Source: Dimargaris cristalligena
Taxonomy: Eukaryota
Length of the DNA stretch: 64,000 bases
NCBI GenBank assembly: GCA_003614675.1
Contig: ML002234.1
Span: forward strand, 1-64,000
Direction: 5' to 3'
Made by a program: the position numbers and the translations under genes. A model generated the notes under the pieces. It saw only the letters and a program-made list of their open reading frames with translations, was not told the origin of the DNA and made no database searches. Positions 1 to 11,506 of this stretch are shown here, piece by piece. Every line of letters begins with the position of its first letter. The first letter of the stretch is position 1.

Positions 1-2
1 CT

Positions 3-131
3 TTTGACCAGTAATATTTACCTCATCAAATGGATTATTCGTTATACAGCCTGGATGAACTTCTGCCATATGGTTATTTGTGATGGCTGTATCCTATATG
101 ATTCGAGATGGTAATACCTACTTGATCACCA
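3..131. repeat. Degenerate dispersed repeat, copy A (may continue past the window start)
   Basis: The reverse complement of 21-48 matches 63049-63076 at 27/28 nt, with patchy similarity on both sides. Confidence 0.7.
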
Positions 132-835
132 TGTATCGTTCCTACTTGGGAATAACCGGTGGACATCAAGTGCAAAATCCCATCGGAAGCTGCCCTCCTC
201 TTCGGACTCGCCAGGTAGCGTGGTTTATCTATCTGATGCCACGAAGTCCACCCAACTCCCCCAACAGCACACTAGTTCGAACCAGGGGCGCACCTGGATA
301 AATGACTATAGCCCGTTCGGTAACTTTGCCGTTAAGGTTCAGTTAAGGAGTCGAGTCCCGCTGTGCGAAGTACGTGATAAGGCTTATTAGTACCCCGCAC
401 CGGGTGATGAGTCCAAAGTGAGTCATCCTCGATAATTCAGCGGCATGTCGAGTGCTATGCAGCCTTCCCCCTTTTCTGCTTTACGCTGAAGAAACTGCGG
501 CCTGGGCCACAGTAGTGCATAAGTCGTGCCTTTTACTATGGGAACCGTCCCCCATGCCATCGCTCCTTGCCTCTTTTTTCCCGGGTATCTTCCCGGTCCA
601 GATGCGCCCTATTGCCGCGCCCAGGGAAAGGCTTCCACGTACCCATTATATGCACTACGCGTCGCATTATTTCCAAAGGGTTCTACTTGTCTAAACTGGT
701 CTTGTTCTATTCTAGCCAAGCGTTTCACCCTCCCCCCTTCCACATTCCCATGCTCTTTTTCATTTCTCCTTTCTAGCCCAATTCTTCTCTCTCTGCCGTA
801 TATTCAATATCCAATTCCTCAGCGCTTAACCAACT

Positions 836-2860
836 ATGGACAGCGACGAATCGAGTCCCCCAATCGTTTCCATCACCAGCGATTCGCCTTCTCTCCTTCG
901 CCTGCCTAGTCACCGGACACCAGGGAAACGGGCTATCCCTTACTCCGCCGCCCCCGCCAGCAAACGATCGCGGCCCCAACCCTGGGGGAGCCCTCCGATA
1001 CCCCGGTTCTCCCTAGGTCTTTCCCCTCGCACTACTACAGCCACTTCCCGCCTATTACCCGCTTCGACCTTTTCGCAATCGAATAGTCGCGTGGGTGATA
1101 GGCCCCCGCCGCCAACCTTCGGGAGCAATCGGGCTGTCGGGTCACTTTCTCCTGCAACCCCCTCCCGTCAGCCCATAGGTGCGAATGCCTCGTCCGGAAG
1201 TGCCACCAGGCAGCCTGCAGGGTACCCGAAGGACGATTTCAGCCATTGGGTCAAGGGCCTTCGCGAGCGGGTCAATGAGGCCCTCCTGGCTCGGCCCTCG
1301 CCACCTACTCCCATCCAGCCGATAGACCTCCCCCGCACCACCACGCCCCCAACCCTAAATTCGTCCCATCGGATACTTAGCCCTACTCCTTCCACTCCGA
1401 CTAAACCGCTTAAACGCCCGGACCTCTCCCCCTCACCCACTCATTCAGATACCCCGTCCCGCCGGCTAAGCCTATCGAAAACCCCGAAATTGGTTATTTT
1501 GGACGAAAACAGCGATCAGACCAGTCTGAGCCGTCAAAGTGAAGATGATGAAGTGGAGTCGGAGGCCGAGTCCGACGATATGGAGGCGGCTGCTATCGAT
1601 TTGGATTCCTACTCCGATGGGGTAGAGCCCGATGAGGTGGATGGCCTAACCTCATATATCATTAAGCAAAATGATACCGCAAACCAGGATGTCGAAAGTA
1701 CCATTGATCTTAGCGACTCCGATGAGGAGGATGTGGCTTCATACTCTAGCAGTGCCTCCGCAGCCTCCACACACAGTGTCGCATTCAATGTAATCACCGA
1801 ATCTGAAGAATCCGACAGCCCTCTTTCAGCGACAGATGTCCCCAACTCACCAATCTTTGATACCTGGTCGACGACCAAACGTGAAGTTTTGACCCAGGGA
1901 GCTAGTGACTCATACGATTCCGAGTCATCTGAGTTATCCGAACAACTTGAAGGGCCCTGGTCTTTGAGGCTTCTACCCAACGAGTCCTCTCTAACCGCCC
2001 CCGAAACTATTACTACCAACCACGGTGACCAAGTGGCTGCGACTGCCTTTCTCCAGTCGGCGACCTTTGTAACCCAAGAAACCATTGACTCTTGCGAAAG
2101 TTCATCTATCGTCGAATCCATAATTATGGGGACAGCCTGGCCGGCCCCAACTCCCGATGCGCGAAAAGAAGAAAAACATTGCTCGGCCCTCTTGGACCCG
2201 TCACCCAGTGGCACTTTGAACCGACGACTATCTATGGAATCAACTGTCTCCACTTCTTCTTTAATTTCATGTCACTGTTCTCCGGCACCTCCTTCACATA
2301 CATCCGCTAGTAAAGAGTCCGGCAATTCCCCCTATTTCTTACGGTCCCGGTGCCGGTCTAAATTTTGCTCACACCGATCTTTCCCTAATGGTACCGCGGG
2401 GGAAACGAGTCTGGGACAGATGAATAGCACACCTTCGACCTCGCACGATTTCCTTTCCCCCACACCGAATGATGTTGCTCTGCTCAAATCCCCCTGGTCC
2501 CGAAAACCACCACGTTCCCCGCGTAAACCCAACCACTACTCCCACACTAACGGTAATGCCCGTTCAACCGGGGATGGTGCCGTTGAGTATCAGCATCCCG
2601 CTGATCTAGGAGACCAGCAGCCACTACCCATAGACACTGCCAGCGGCACGTCTGCCGAGACTGGTGTGGGCCCACCAGCGTCAAATACCCGACTTCAACA
2701 GCGCCGTCGCTCCATAAGTCCGGTCTCACCCTTAAATTACAAAGTGATGGGCCAGTCGATATCTCCAACTACGATTAATACAGGGTATTCACCCCAGGGA
2801 ACTAGTCCTCAACGGTCCCCCCCACTCCACTGTGGGCAAACCAACATTCCCGCCGGATAA
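836..2860 (+). CDS. Ser/Pro/Thr-rich, probably disordered protein of unknown function (674 aa)
   Basis: Long ATG-initiated ORF after a pyrimidine-rich leader, with an acidic central block (EDDEVESEAESDD) and many SP/TP sites. No domain recognised. The C-terminus is uncertain. Confidence 0.6.
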   Translation: MDSDESSPPIVSITSDSPSLLRLPSHRTPGKRAIPYSAAPASKRSRPQPWGSPPIPRFSLGLSPRTTTATSRLLPASTFSQSNSRVGDRPPPPTFGSNRAVGSLSPATPSRQPIGANASSGSATRQPAGYPKDDFSHWVKGLRERVNEALLARPSPPTPIQPIDLPRTTTPPTLNSSHRILSPTPSTPTKPLKRPDLSPSPTHSDTPSRRLSLSKTPKLVILDENSDQTSLSRQSEDDEVESEAESDDMEAAAIDLDSYSDGVEPDEVDGLTSYIIKQNDTANQDVESTIDLSDSDEEDVASYSSSASAASTHSVAFNVITESEESDSPLSATDVPNSPIFDTWSTTKREVLTQGASDSYDSESSELSEQLEGPWSLRLLPNESSLTAPETITTNHGDQVAATAFLQSATFVTQETIDSCESSSIVESIIMGTAWPAPTPDARKEEKHCSALLDPSPSGTLNRRLSMESTVSTSSLISCHCSPAPPSHTSASKESGNSPYFLRSRCRSKFCSHRSFPNGTAGETSLGQMNSTPSTSHDFLSPTPNDVALLKSPWSRKPPRSPRKPNHYSHTNGNARSTGDGAVEYQHPADLGDQQPLPIDTASGTSAETGVGPPASNTRLQQRRRSISPVSPLNYKVMGQSISPTTINTGYSPQGTSPQRSPPLHCGQTNIPAG

Positions 2861-4226
2861 TAGTAGGCCACAACCAACCAGTAGTCTTAGTCAGGCTGCC
2901 AAAGTCGACCCCACACTCCGCTTAAACCCGGATTCAGATATAGGCGAACGAGATGCCACTCGTTAACACCATTTAACCCCACTCCTGTGAATTGGAGAGC
3001 GATCCACTGCGGTGATTTATTTTTAACCCCCATACAGCCGCCACTTTGTACACTTGATTCAGATATTGTTTTATCCAGGGCTAATCTAGCCAATTTCGCA
3101 CCTTGCTTGACGTTTGTTATACGAGTACACCCATGTCTGATCCCTATGGTCAACTGTATAATCGGTCGATTAGAAGATTTTGATCAGAACTTAAAGAAAT
3201 TCAATTAAATAAAGGGAATTGCTTAATATCCCGAATAACATTCCATGCTCGAAGCGAATATCTATGGATGCATGGGTACAAAATTCATTCTTTAAGCAAT
3301 CGGTATTCCAAGGCCTACCTGGTTAGGATGGTTTGATCAAGAATGTGTTGGAATTTCTTGGTAACAGTATCAAAAGGCCATATCTATACAAATACAGTAT
3401 TGCTGCCTTCATACCCTCTCTATCATCCATTTATTCCCCAGTGCTCACGCTTGTTAAGAAACTTCTTAGTGAACGCGTAATGAAAAAATGATACGGTCTC
3501 AATAGTGCTGACGATCTCTTTGAAATCCGGCGAAAACGAACTAAATAGGGAAACGAGGACGCTCAACGTAACCACAGGTTGCGAATGAAGTGACTGAAAG
3601 CAGTCACTAGGATTTCGACACTATTCAACTACTTAACAGGGTAATTGGAAATAGTCTGGAATTCCTTCAAGAAACGCTCTAATCGACAAAGACTATTGTG
3701 AATTCGCCCAAAAATGAAACACTAGATGTAACAGTCATTCATTTAACGAAATTCACAAAGATAATTATCTAACTGGTGACAATTAGCCTTGGAAGCTAAA
3801 ACAAACAATCATATAAAAATAATATCTTATTACATCCGAATACACTCAGTTGGCCATTTATTAAGATGGATGGACGACACAAGAAATAAGAGGAGGGGGT
3901 TAGGGGGAGGAAAAGAGATCCAGATGGACCAAGATATGTGAAATGAAAAAGCAAACGGAATAACCCCGGGTGACAAAATTCCAAGGAAGTAAACCACCGC
4001 TTCTCAATATAAAAAACTCAAGGACACCCTACGAAAACAACCACACCCTTAAAATCGCCAGGGATAGAGAAAAAGGGTAACTCGCGCGCAAGCGTCGCCG
4101 AAAGACGAGGTTTGTGGTACAGATTGGAGGGGATGTGATCGGCGAGACAATGTAAAGGGGAGAGTAAAGAAGAGCAAGATGCCCGTGAGCTGGTGAACAA
4201 GGGAGGAAGTAAGTGCAAATCAGCAC

Positions 4227-5293
4227 TTAAGATCTGGGCTTCTCCTTCTTTTCCTTGTACAGGGCCAGCAGGGAGACACCCGACACCTTGACGACCTTGA
4301 AGCGGACACCTGGGATATCACCGACAGCACGGCCCTTACGACCGAAACCGGAGATGAGGACTTCGTCGTTTTCGTCGACGTAGTTCAGACAACCATCGTT
4401 GGGCACGAAAGCGGTAATCTTCTTGCCGTTCTTGATGAGCTGCACACGGACACACTTACGAATGGCAGAGTTAGGCTGCTTGGCTTCCACACCAATCTTT
4501 TCCAGGACAATACCCTTAGCGTGGGAGGAGCCACCGAAGGGGGAGGACTTGAAGGCAGTACCGAGGGCGCGCTTCTTGTACTGCTTGTCCGCCCAGCGGT
4601 TGTTACGGCGGGTGACGCGGAGCTTGCGGGCGGCGTGAAGACCTTTAGGTTTACCTGTGGAATGGGAATGGACCAGGAAATTGGGAGTGGGATAGTAAAA
4701 GGCATTAGTGTGGGTAATCGGTTAACGGAATTGTAATGTAAACAAACACCGGCGCTGTGGTCAGGAATGTTGATAAGAGCCTCGCTACAGCAAAGGTATA
4801 GGAATGCTATAAATTCTGAATGCGCTGACTGGACTATCCGATACCACACTGCCGACGACTCCAACTACAAGCTTGTAGCAACCGATAGTGCTAGACCGTT
4901 AAGCACACCACAGTTCGACTAGGGGTAGTCTCACTTAGGCACATAGTCGAACACAGTATCAAGCGGGTTACGGCCTTCGTTCGCAGATGAATGGATGGAT
5001 GGATAGATGGTCGGTATGGTAATAGACACCGTATCGCGTAAGAGGAGGGCGGGCGATATCAATACGATACCTTAGTAGTCGGTTGTTGAATCCAACTAGC
5101 GGTATCATCGACTATCCATCCATCCATCCATCCATCCATCCATCCATCCATCTGACCAACAGGACACAGAAAACCTGGAATTGACATGGTCAGTGGGCAC
5201 AGTATGGATTCGGCGACGAGCGGGGTATCGGACGAGTCAGGCGGTTCGAGCGGGGGACGTAGAATTGGAGATTGAGGCGGCGGACATACCCAT
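4227..5293 (-). CDS. RPS23: 40S ribosomal protein S23 (uS12), 2 exons: 5293-5290, 4654-4227; 143 aa
   Basis: ATGG|GTATGT donor and CCACAG| acceptor. Spliced product [14 protein letters not shown]...[19 protein letters not shown]...KEKKEKPRS. Confidence 0.97.
4734..4908 (-). ncRNA. Candidate intronic box H/ACA snoRNA in the RPS23 intron
   Basis: Hairpin, AUAGCA (ANANNA, 4810-4805), hairpin, ACA (4739-4737). ACA lies 14 nt from the 3' upper stem and about 80 nt upstream of the 3' splice site. The 5' internal loop is complementary to a conserved LSU rRNA segment. Folded by eye only. Confidence 0.45.
4984..5154. repeat. Inverted repeat formed by complementary (GGAT)n and (ATCC)n tracts inside the RPS23 intron
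   Basis: CAGATGAATGGATGGATGGATAGATGGTCG at 4984-5013 versus CGACTATCCATCC...CCATCTG at 5109-5154. Confidence 0.8.
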
Positions 5294-5357
5294 TTTGATT
5301 ATATATGGCTATCCCAAGTATTCGATAATCGGGGAAAGTTCGAACAACAAGTGAGTT

Positions 5358-5465
5358 GGAAAGAGGGGGATTACAACAGGCTGCCTTGCTACTTTTTACT
5401 TTATACATCTAATCATTAATTTGGGTGGTATATGGACAATGCCACCCAAAATGGTATCACGTGAT
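5358..5465 (-). promoter_or_regulatory. Putative RPS23 core promoter: E-box, TATA and pyrimidine (TCT/TOP-like) initiator
   Basis: Palindrome ATCACGTGAT at 5456-5465, TATAAAG at 5405-5399 and CCCCCTCTTTCC at 5369-5358 on the minus strand, upstream of the ATG at 5293. Confidence 0.4.
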
Positions 5466-6423
5466 GTCAACTCATCGGTTTAGCGGCAGCTTTAGCTAAT
5501 GGGAGAAAATCGGCCCACTCATACTGATTTTACCATAAACAGTTGGGTCGAATTTCTCCCAAAACCCCATATACCCACTGTTATTATAGAGGTGAAGTTA
5601 TTGTTGGGGCTAAGTGCGATTGTGAAGGTATTCTCGAGTCAAAGACAGGTAGTAGATATGGAGAAGCTTCGCTTGCACCCCCGGGTGTTAAATGTATATT
5701 CCCAACGAGGATTAGCTTACTATAGAAATCGAATGGGCGAGTACCTTGCCACATTCAACGCATGCGAGCGTGACTTGAAATATGAGTGGTGCGCAAAACC
5801 GCATCTATTATCAGCATATTGGACAAATCGGACTGCTCAGTTTTGTGGTTTATGACCAACAATCCTCTTGGATCTGCCTCAATAAAATTTCAAGGGAATT
5901 TTGGAGAATATAAGTTGTTTAATACATCTTAATATTGTTGGTAGCGAGCTGTTTTTGAATCAATTTACTATATAGATAATCGGAGTATATAAATCGACAT
6001 GGGCGTTAGTTGTAGCTGACAACCCAGTTAAGACATAACATCGGGCCAAGGCTTAATTATGTGAGTATGAGTGATTCAATCCATCGAATGGCAGTGTTCT
6101 TCCCATTAGCCCTAAGTGAACACTCTACTGATCAACGCCCAAAACTATGAGGGTATCGCGAGTAGACTGTGGAAAGGCTAATTAGTGATAAGAAATGGGG
6201 GAGTCGCTTTGGATTTAGCCCTAATCCACTACCATAATCCTATTATAAAACTATAGTTCACTGCAACTGTTCTCCTGCCTAGCTCCCCAGCGATTGTAAT
6301 AAGTAAAAAATCGCCATATTAAATTTATTGGCTTTCAGCACTAGTGTCTTGTTTATTTAATTAAAATATGTACTGCAAATTGCTTTTAAGGGTCCCAGTT
6401 AACGTACGTGTAAATATCAACCT

Positions 6424-9400
6424 CTAAGGTCTAGGAAGGTCTCGCTGCCATTTAGCCGACGCAGCTGCACGAAGCTCTAGTTCCGTCTCAGGCCCCGTCC
6501 GGGCTACTAAATTAGAGAGCCAGCCCCCGGATTTCTGCAGGAGCACCCATGGTTCATCGAATTCCTTCACCTCACCACGGTCCAGTACTAGAATCCGGTC
6601 AGATTCACCAATCACCGTGTGCAACCGATGGGCGATGGTCAACACAGTGGCATGGGCAAACTGTGTTTGAATAGTTTTCTGGATGAGTTTGTCGGTGTGT
6701 AGGTCCACATTGGCCGTGGCCTCGTCCATGATAATGACTCGGGCATTCTTTAGTACCGCTCGACTTAACGAAAAGAGTTGACGTTCACCCACTGAAAAGT
6801 TCTTGCCGTTTTCGCTGACGGGGCTCTCGAGACGTTCCGGTAATTTCTCAATACTGGTTTTGAGTTCACAGGCCTCAAGGGCGTCCCACAGTTGGGCATC
6901 CGTATACTGGTCAAAGGGATCCAAGTTGAACCGCAACGTGCCGTGGAATAAAAAGGCCTCCTGGGGAATAATAGTCAGGCATTGGCGTAATTCAGACAGA
7001 GGGAGTCGGCTGATATCCACTCCGTCAATGATAATACTACCCGCTGGGTGGGCTTCAGTCAATCGGAACAGGGCAGTGAGAAGGGATGATTTACCCGCGC
7101 CTGTTCGGCCCACCACCCCAATTTTCTCCCCCTGGCGAGTTTGGAGATTCACGTTCTGAAGCACGGCCCGGGAGGTCCCGGGGTAGGTGAGGTTCATGCC
7201 GCGGAATTCGATGCAACCTTCCTGGGGCCACTGGGGTGGCGGGTCCAGCGGGTTAGCCGGGGTGGGCTCAGATGGTAGGCGCACATAAGCCATCATACGT
7301 TCCACCGCCACAAACAGGATCTCCACCTCCGTTGTTTGGCGCACCATCCACTGCAATAAACCCAACAGCTGGATAATATAGCACAGACCCAGACCGACCA
7401 TGCCTGGGTCACTGTTTGCCCGACTGGCCACCGTCACCATGGATGAGAGGGTCACAAATAAGGCCGACATGAAATCCAATCGGAACCCCAGCCACCGGCT
7501 GCAGCCCATGAAAATGAAGAAGGCCCGGGCGTTCTGGTCCAAGGCTTCGGCGAACCGCCCCATAAAGCTCGGACCGGCCCGGAAGGTACGAATGGTGCCC
7601 AGGCCGTCTAGGGTTTCGGACAGGATGGAATAGACAGGGCTCCGGGATGCACTTTCGATGCGCTTAATCACCCGATTAGCCGCCATATAGGATCGGCGAA
7701 GTAGACCGAATCCAAACAAAATGACGGGTACAGAAATGATAATCCAGGGGTTGGCCAAACAAATGACCACAATCGCGCCCACCACCATCAAGCAAGCTTG
7801 GGTGGCATCGTAAAAGTTAAGTGGCAGCTGTTCATCAACACTCGATTGATCCTTGGTAAACCGGTTAAGGATACGTCCCTGCGGGTTGACATTGAAGAAA
7901 TGCATGGGACTAGATAGCACAGCATCCAACATATGGCGGAAGGCTCGGTCACTGGCCCGAAGGGTGAGCAACAGAAATGACATGGACCGTGAAATGGCAA
8001 TGGTCAGGGTCAGGATTGCTAGGCCTGCGTAAAGAGTGACATGGGAGTGCTTGCTTTGTTCCTCGGGCGGCATCATGGACCAGCGGGACAAGTAGTAGTC
8101 CGTAAACAGGAGAGAGACCTGGCCCAAAAGCATGAGCACCACCAAGGCAATGAGAGCCAACACCGGGGCTCCGAACCGCATAAATTGATAATACGTGGAG
8201 AGTGGGGTGACTCCCTCTTCGGACTGCTCGCGGTCCCCAAGGCGAGCAACATCGGGGGACTGAGGGTCGGCAGTAGAGTTCTTTTCAGCGGGACTGGCCT
8301 TTTTGGTTAGGGAACTAGGGGTATCAACCGAAGGCATGGCCTTCTCGGGGTTTGGAATCTTTGGCACCACTAACGTGTGCTCACCCGGAGTAGCCCACAT
8401 TGTCTTCGAATCAACTCCCTGGGTGGGCATCTCCGCTGATGTAGGTGGTGTCGGATCAACCGTAAAATCGCAGTAATGGCGCAGGAATCCACGCAAAAAG
8501 GTAGAACTGTCGATTCGGTCGAGTACACCCGGGAGGGGTAGTGCCGCGGGGTTGGGGGCAAGGGTGCCGATCGGAGGGGTGACCGAAACCGAACTGGCGG
8601 GTGGGGTCTCGAGGACACCATACTGGTCCAAATGGTTCAGCAGAAGGGCCGTCACCGTATCCACCGCGCCGTGGGTAAACACACGCCCCTCATCCAGAAT
8701 AAGCACCGAATCACACTGACTGATGAACTGCAGTTGGTGGGTTACCAGTACGACGGGTTTATCACGCAGTAATCCGCGAATGGCCCGCTCGAATAGGTGG
8801 CGACCTACTTGGGAATCGACCGCGGATAAGGGATCGTCTAGAACGTAGAGGTCTGCGTCATGGTAGACCGCCCGGGCGAGGGAAATGCGGGCCCGTTGGC
8901 CACCACTGAGGTTAGTTCCTTTTTCTCCGACCAGTGTAGCGTCCCCCTCCTCCATCAGGGCCAGGTCGCGACCCAAGGCACAGCATTCAATCACCCGCTG
9001 GTACCGAATGGGTTCATACCCAGAGTAGAAAATAATATTTTCCCGAACGGAGCCCGCCATAATCCAGGGAACCTGAGCCGAGTAGCTAATACGGGGTTGG
9101 CGAGAGGAAGTTAAAGGGGCGGTTTTCTCATCCTTTTGCTTGGGAGTACCACCGTATTTGAAATGCAGTTGGCCCGATAGGACCGCCAACTCGCCCATTA
9201 AGGACATGCAGAATGACGATTTGCCGCTAAGAGGGAACGGTGATAAGATTGGGCGAATTTAGTGATGGGTATATCGAGGCATGATTGCAGGTTAGTATCA
9301 TACGCCAAAGCAGGGACGCCGAGGTGGTTGGGGCATTTCAAATTGATTATAAGAATAAAGTCATTAAAACATAGGCTACCAGCCCTTCATCTCCGGAAAA

Positions 9401-11506
9401 TAACTTACCTGCCAACCGGTCCGATTACAGCACACAGTTCATCGGACCCTAGTGTTAGGGTCAGATCTTTAAGCACTGAATTGCTATGCAGGTGGGGTAC
9501 AGTGAGACTTAAAGTTGCGTTGGGACCATTCGAAGATGACTGACTCCCAGTCGTATTGACCAGGGGTTCTGCAATCCTATCCACCAATTGAGCGACCCCT
9601 TTAGCCGGCTTCGAAGAGTCTGAATGGGCGGTAGTAGCCGGCAAAGCCTTCGTTGAGGTCGTTTCCATCGATTGTCCCCAGGAAAAATAGGCATGTTGGA
9701 AGGAAATGGATTGCAGTCGCGATCTTCCCTTATCGTTACCATTGGTGGCAAGTTTTTCCAACGGCGCAGAGACATCAATATCCACAGACTTTTCATCCGA
9801 ATCACAGTCCGAATTAGGAAGGGGAGAGGGGGTGGGTTTCGACGGGGATTCTAGAGCGTGTAACTCGGACAGCATGAGGAAATCTACGATACGCCTGGAT
9901 GATACCTTGGCCTCAGCGAGGGACTCCAGAAACTTGGGCACGAAGCAGGCCATCGTCAAGCGGATATGATTAAACAGCGTCATCGTGGTGAACACTTGGC
10001 TAGAATGAAAGGAGGTGTTAATAAAATGTAGGGTAATGAAAGTAGCCGCACACACTAAACTACCTGACGAAAAGAAAATGCCCTCGTTCACCGACTTAAA
10101 TCTCGCGGCCCGCTTCAGAAAACCGAGTTCAAGTCGGCGTAAACTAAGGATACGCTCCCCCAAAATACGCTCCCAAGCCGATAGCTTGACGAGACTCATT
10201 CCACTGAAGGTATCGCTAAGCAGTCGTACGCGCTGGTCGCGGGCCTTGACCACGAATTCCCGGATGCGGGAGAAGTTGTGGGCGAACCACAGCTGCATCG
10301 GAATCATAAGGGCAAAGATGCCCAAACCGACAAACAGGCTGAACCGTAGTGAGCTCCATAGGAAATAAAAGGCCAGTGCAATTTCAAAGGGACCCAGCCA
10401 GAATGAATGTATGAAAGATGACAGGACTTCGAAAGGCATAAGGTCGTTTGAAATCAAGTTAACTACGGTTCCGGTGGCTAATGATGAAGCGGCGGGTAGC
10501 CTCAAACTCTTGCTAAAAATCAGGGCTGTACAAAGGTAGTATTATTATACACATGTAGATATGCATTGGTTTGTAAAGTTAGTCCATGCAGCAGTGGTCA
10601 AGGGGATTGACAGGCCAATTCGATAGTTTTGGGGGTGGGAGGGAAAATAAGGCATGTTAGCTGCTACTATCACTCACCTGATAACCCAACTCGCGTATTC
10701 AGAATAGTACGCGCCAAACCGAAATAAAAAATGTGGTGCATAAAGGCTTGCAAGAGAACGGCGAACGAAAGGCCCATGGCGTAGAGATAACCCTAATGGC
10801 ACGGACGAGGTAATGTAGTGGTGATTTATACAAGAGTAAAGAACGTAAGTTTAATCAAATTGCTCGGAGGATTATAATTTGGAGGCGGGGTTGCCTTGCC
10901 GAAAACGGACACGTGCTAAGGATACCAATAATAAACCACACTTACCTTATACATGGGCATGGTCGGATCTTGGAAAAAGCCAATGATATAGCTATATATA
11001 GCCAAAAGTTGCAAATGAGGGAACAACATACATTAGAACCTTGTATTCGTACTTGGGTTTGGGACACTATGGCCTAACGTATACTTGAGGATACCTGCTA
11101 CGAAGTTCAAAGTATACAAAGATCTAAAGCGGATGACTTACCCTAAAAATACGGCCTGGGAAATTTTCGAAATCGACTCCACCATCCCGATTATGGCTGT
11201 TTGAATTAAATGGAATCGGTTCAGGAGTAAGAGTACGCGCCATAAACGGGGGTTATCGGGACAACCCCTAACCTCGGCCTCCCACAGCGTCTGTAGTCGA
11301 CCTGCCACAACGGCACAGCGGTCCTCGGGGCTAAGTTCGTTGAGATTCTCGTCGGTGATCGTTTGTTGACCACCCCGGCGAATAATAGGCTGAATCCAGT
11401 GAAACGTAAGGCGAGACAAAATACCACTGCCTTCCATTAAGGGGGTAGGGCGACCTCCCCCGGGGAACTCAAGTCCTGGGGATTTCTGGATGGAATTCGG
11501 CTTCAT
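6424..11506 (-). CDS. Full-size ABCC/MRP-type ABC transporter (short form without TMD0, ABCC4-like), 5 exons: 11506-11142, 10991-10946, 10792-10678, 10525-9409, 9226-6424; about 1481 aa
   Basis: NBD1 has Walker A GPVGSGKSS (formed across a splice), LSGGQ and YVLDDPLSAVD. NBD2 has GRTGAGKSS, FSVGERQ and IIMDEATANVD. N-terminal lasso LSRLTFHWIQP. All intron phases are consistent. Confidence 0.93.

Noticed and set aside
2817-2966. Frameshift at a C7 run extending the 836-2860 ORF into a shifted frame (STVGKPTFPPDNSRPQ...)
   Set aside because: It could be a homopolymer assembly error or chance. There is no homolog or slippage structure to support it, and reads would be needed.
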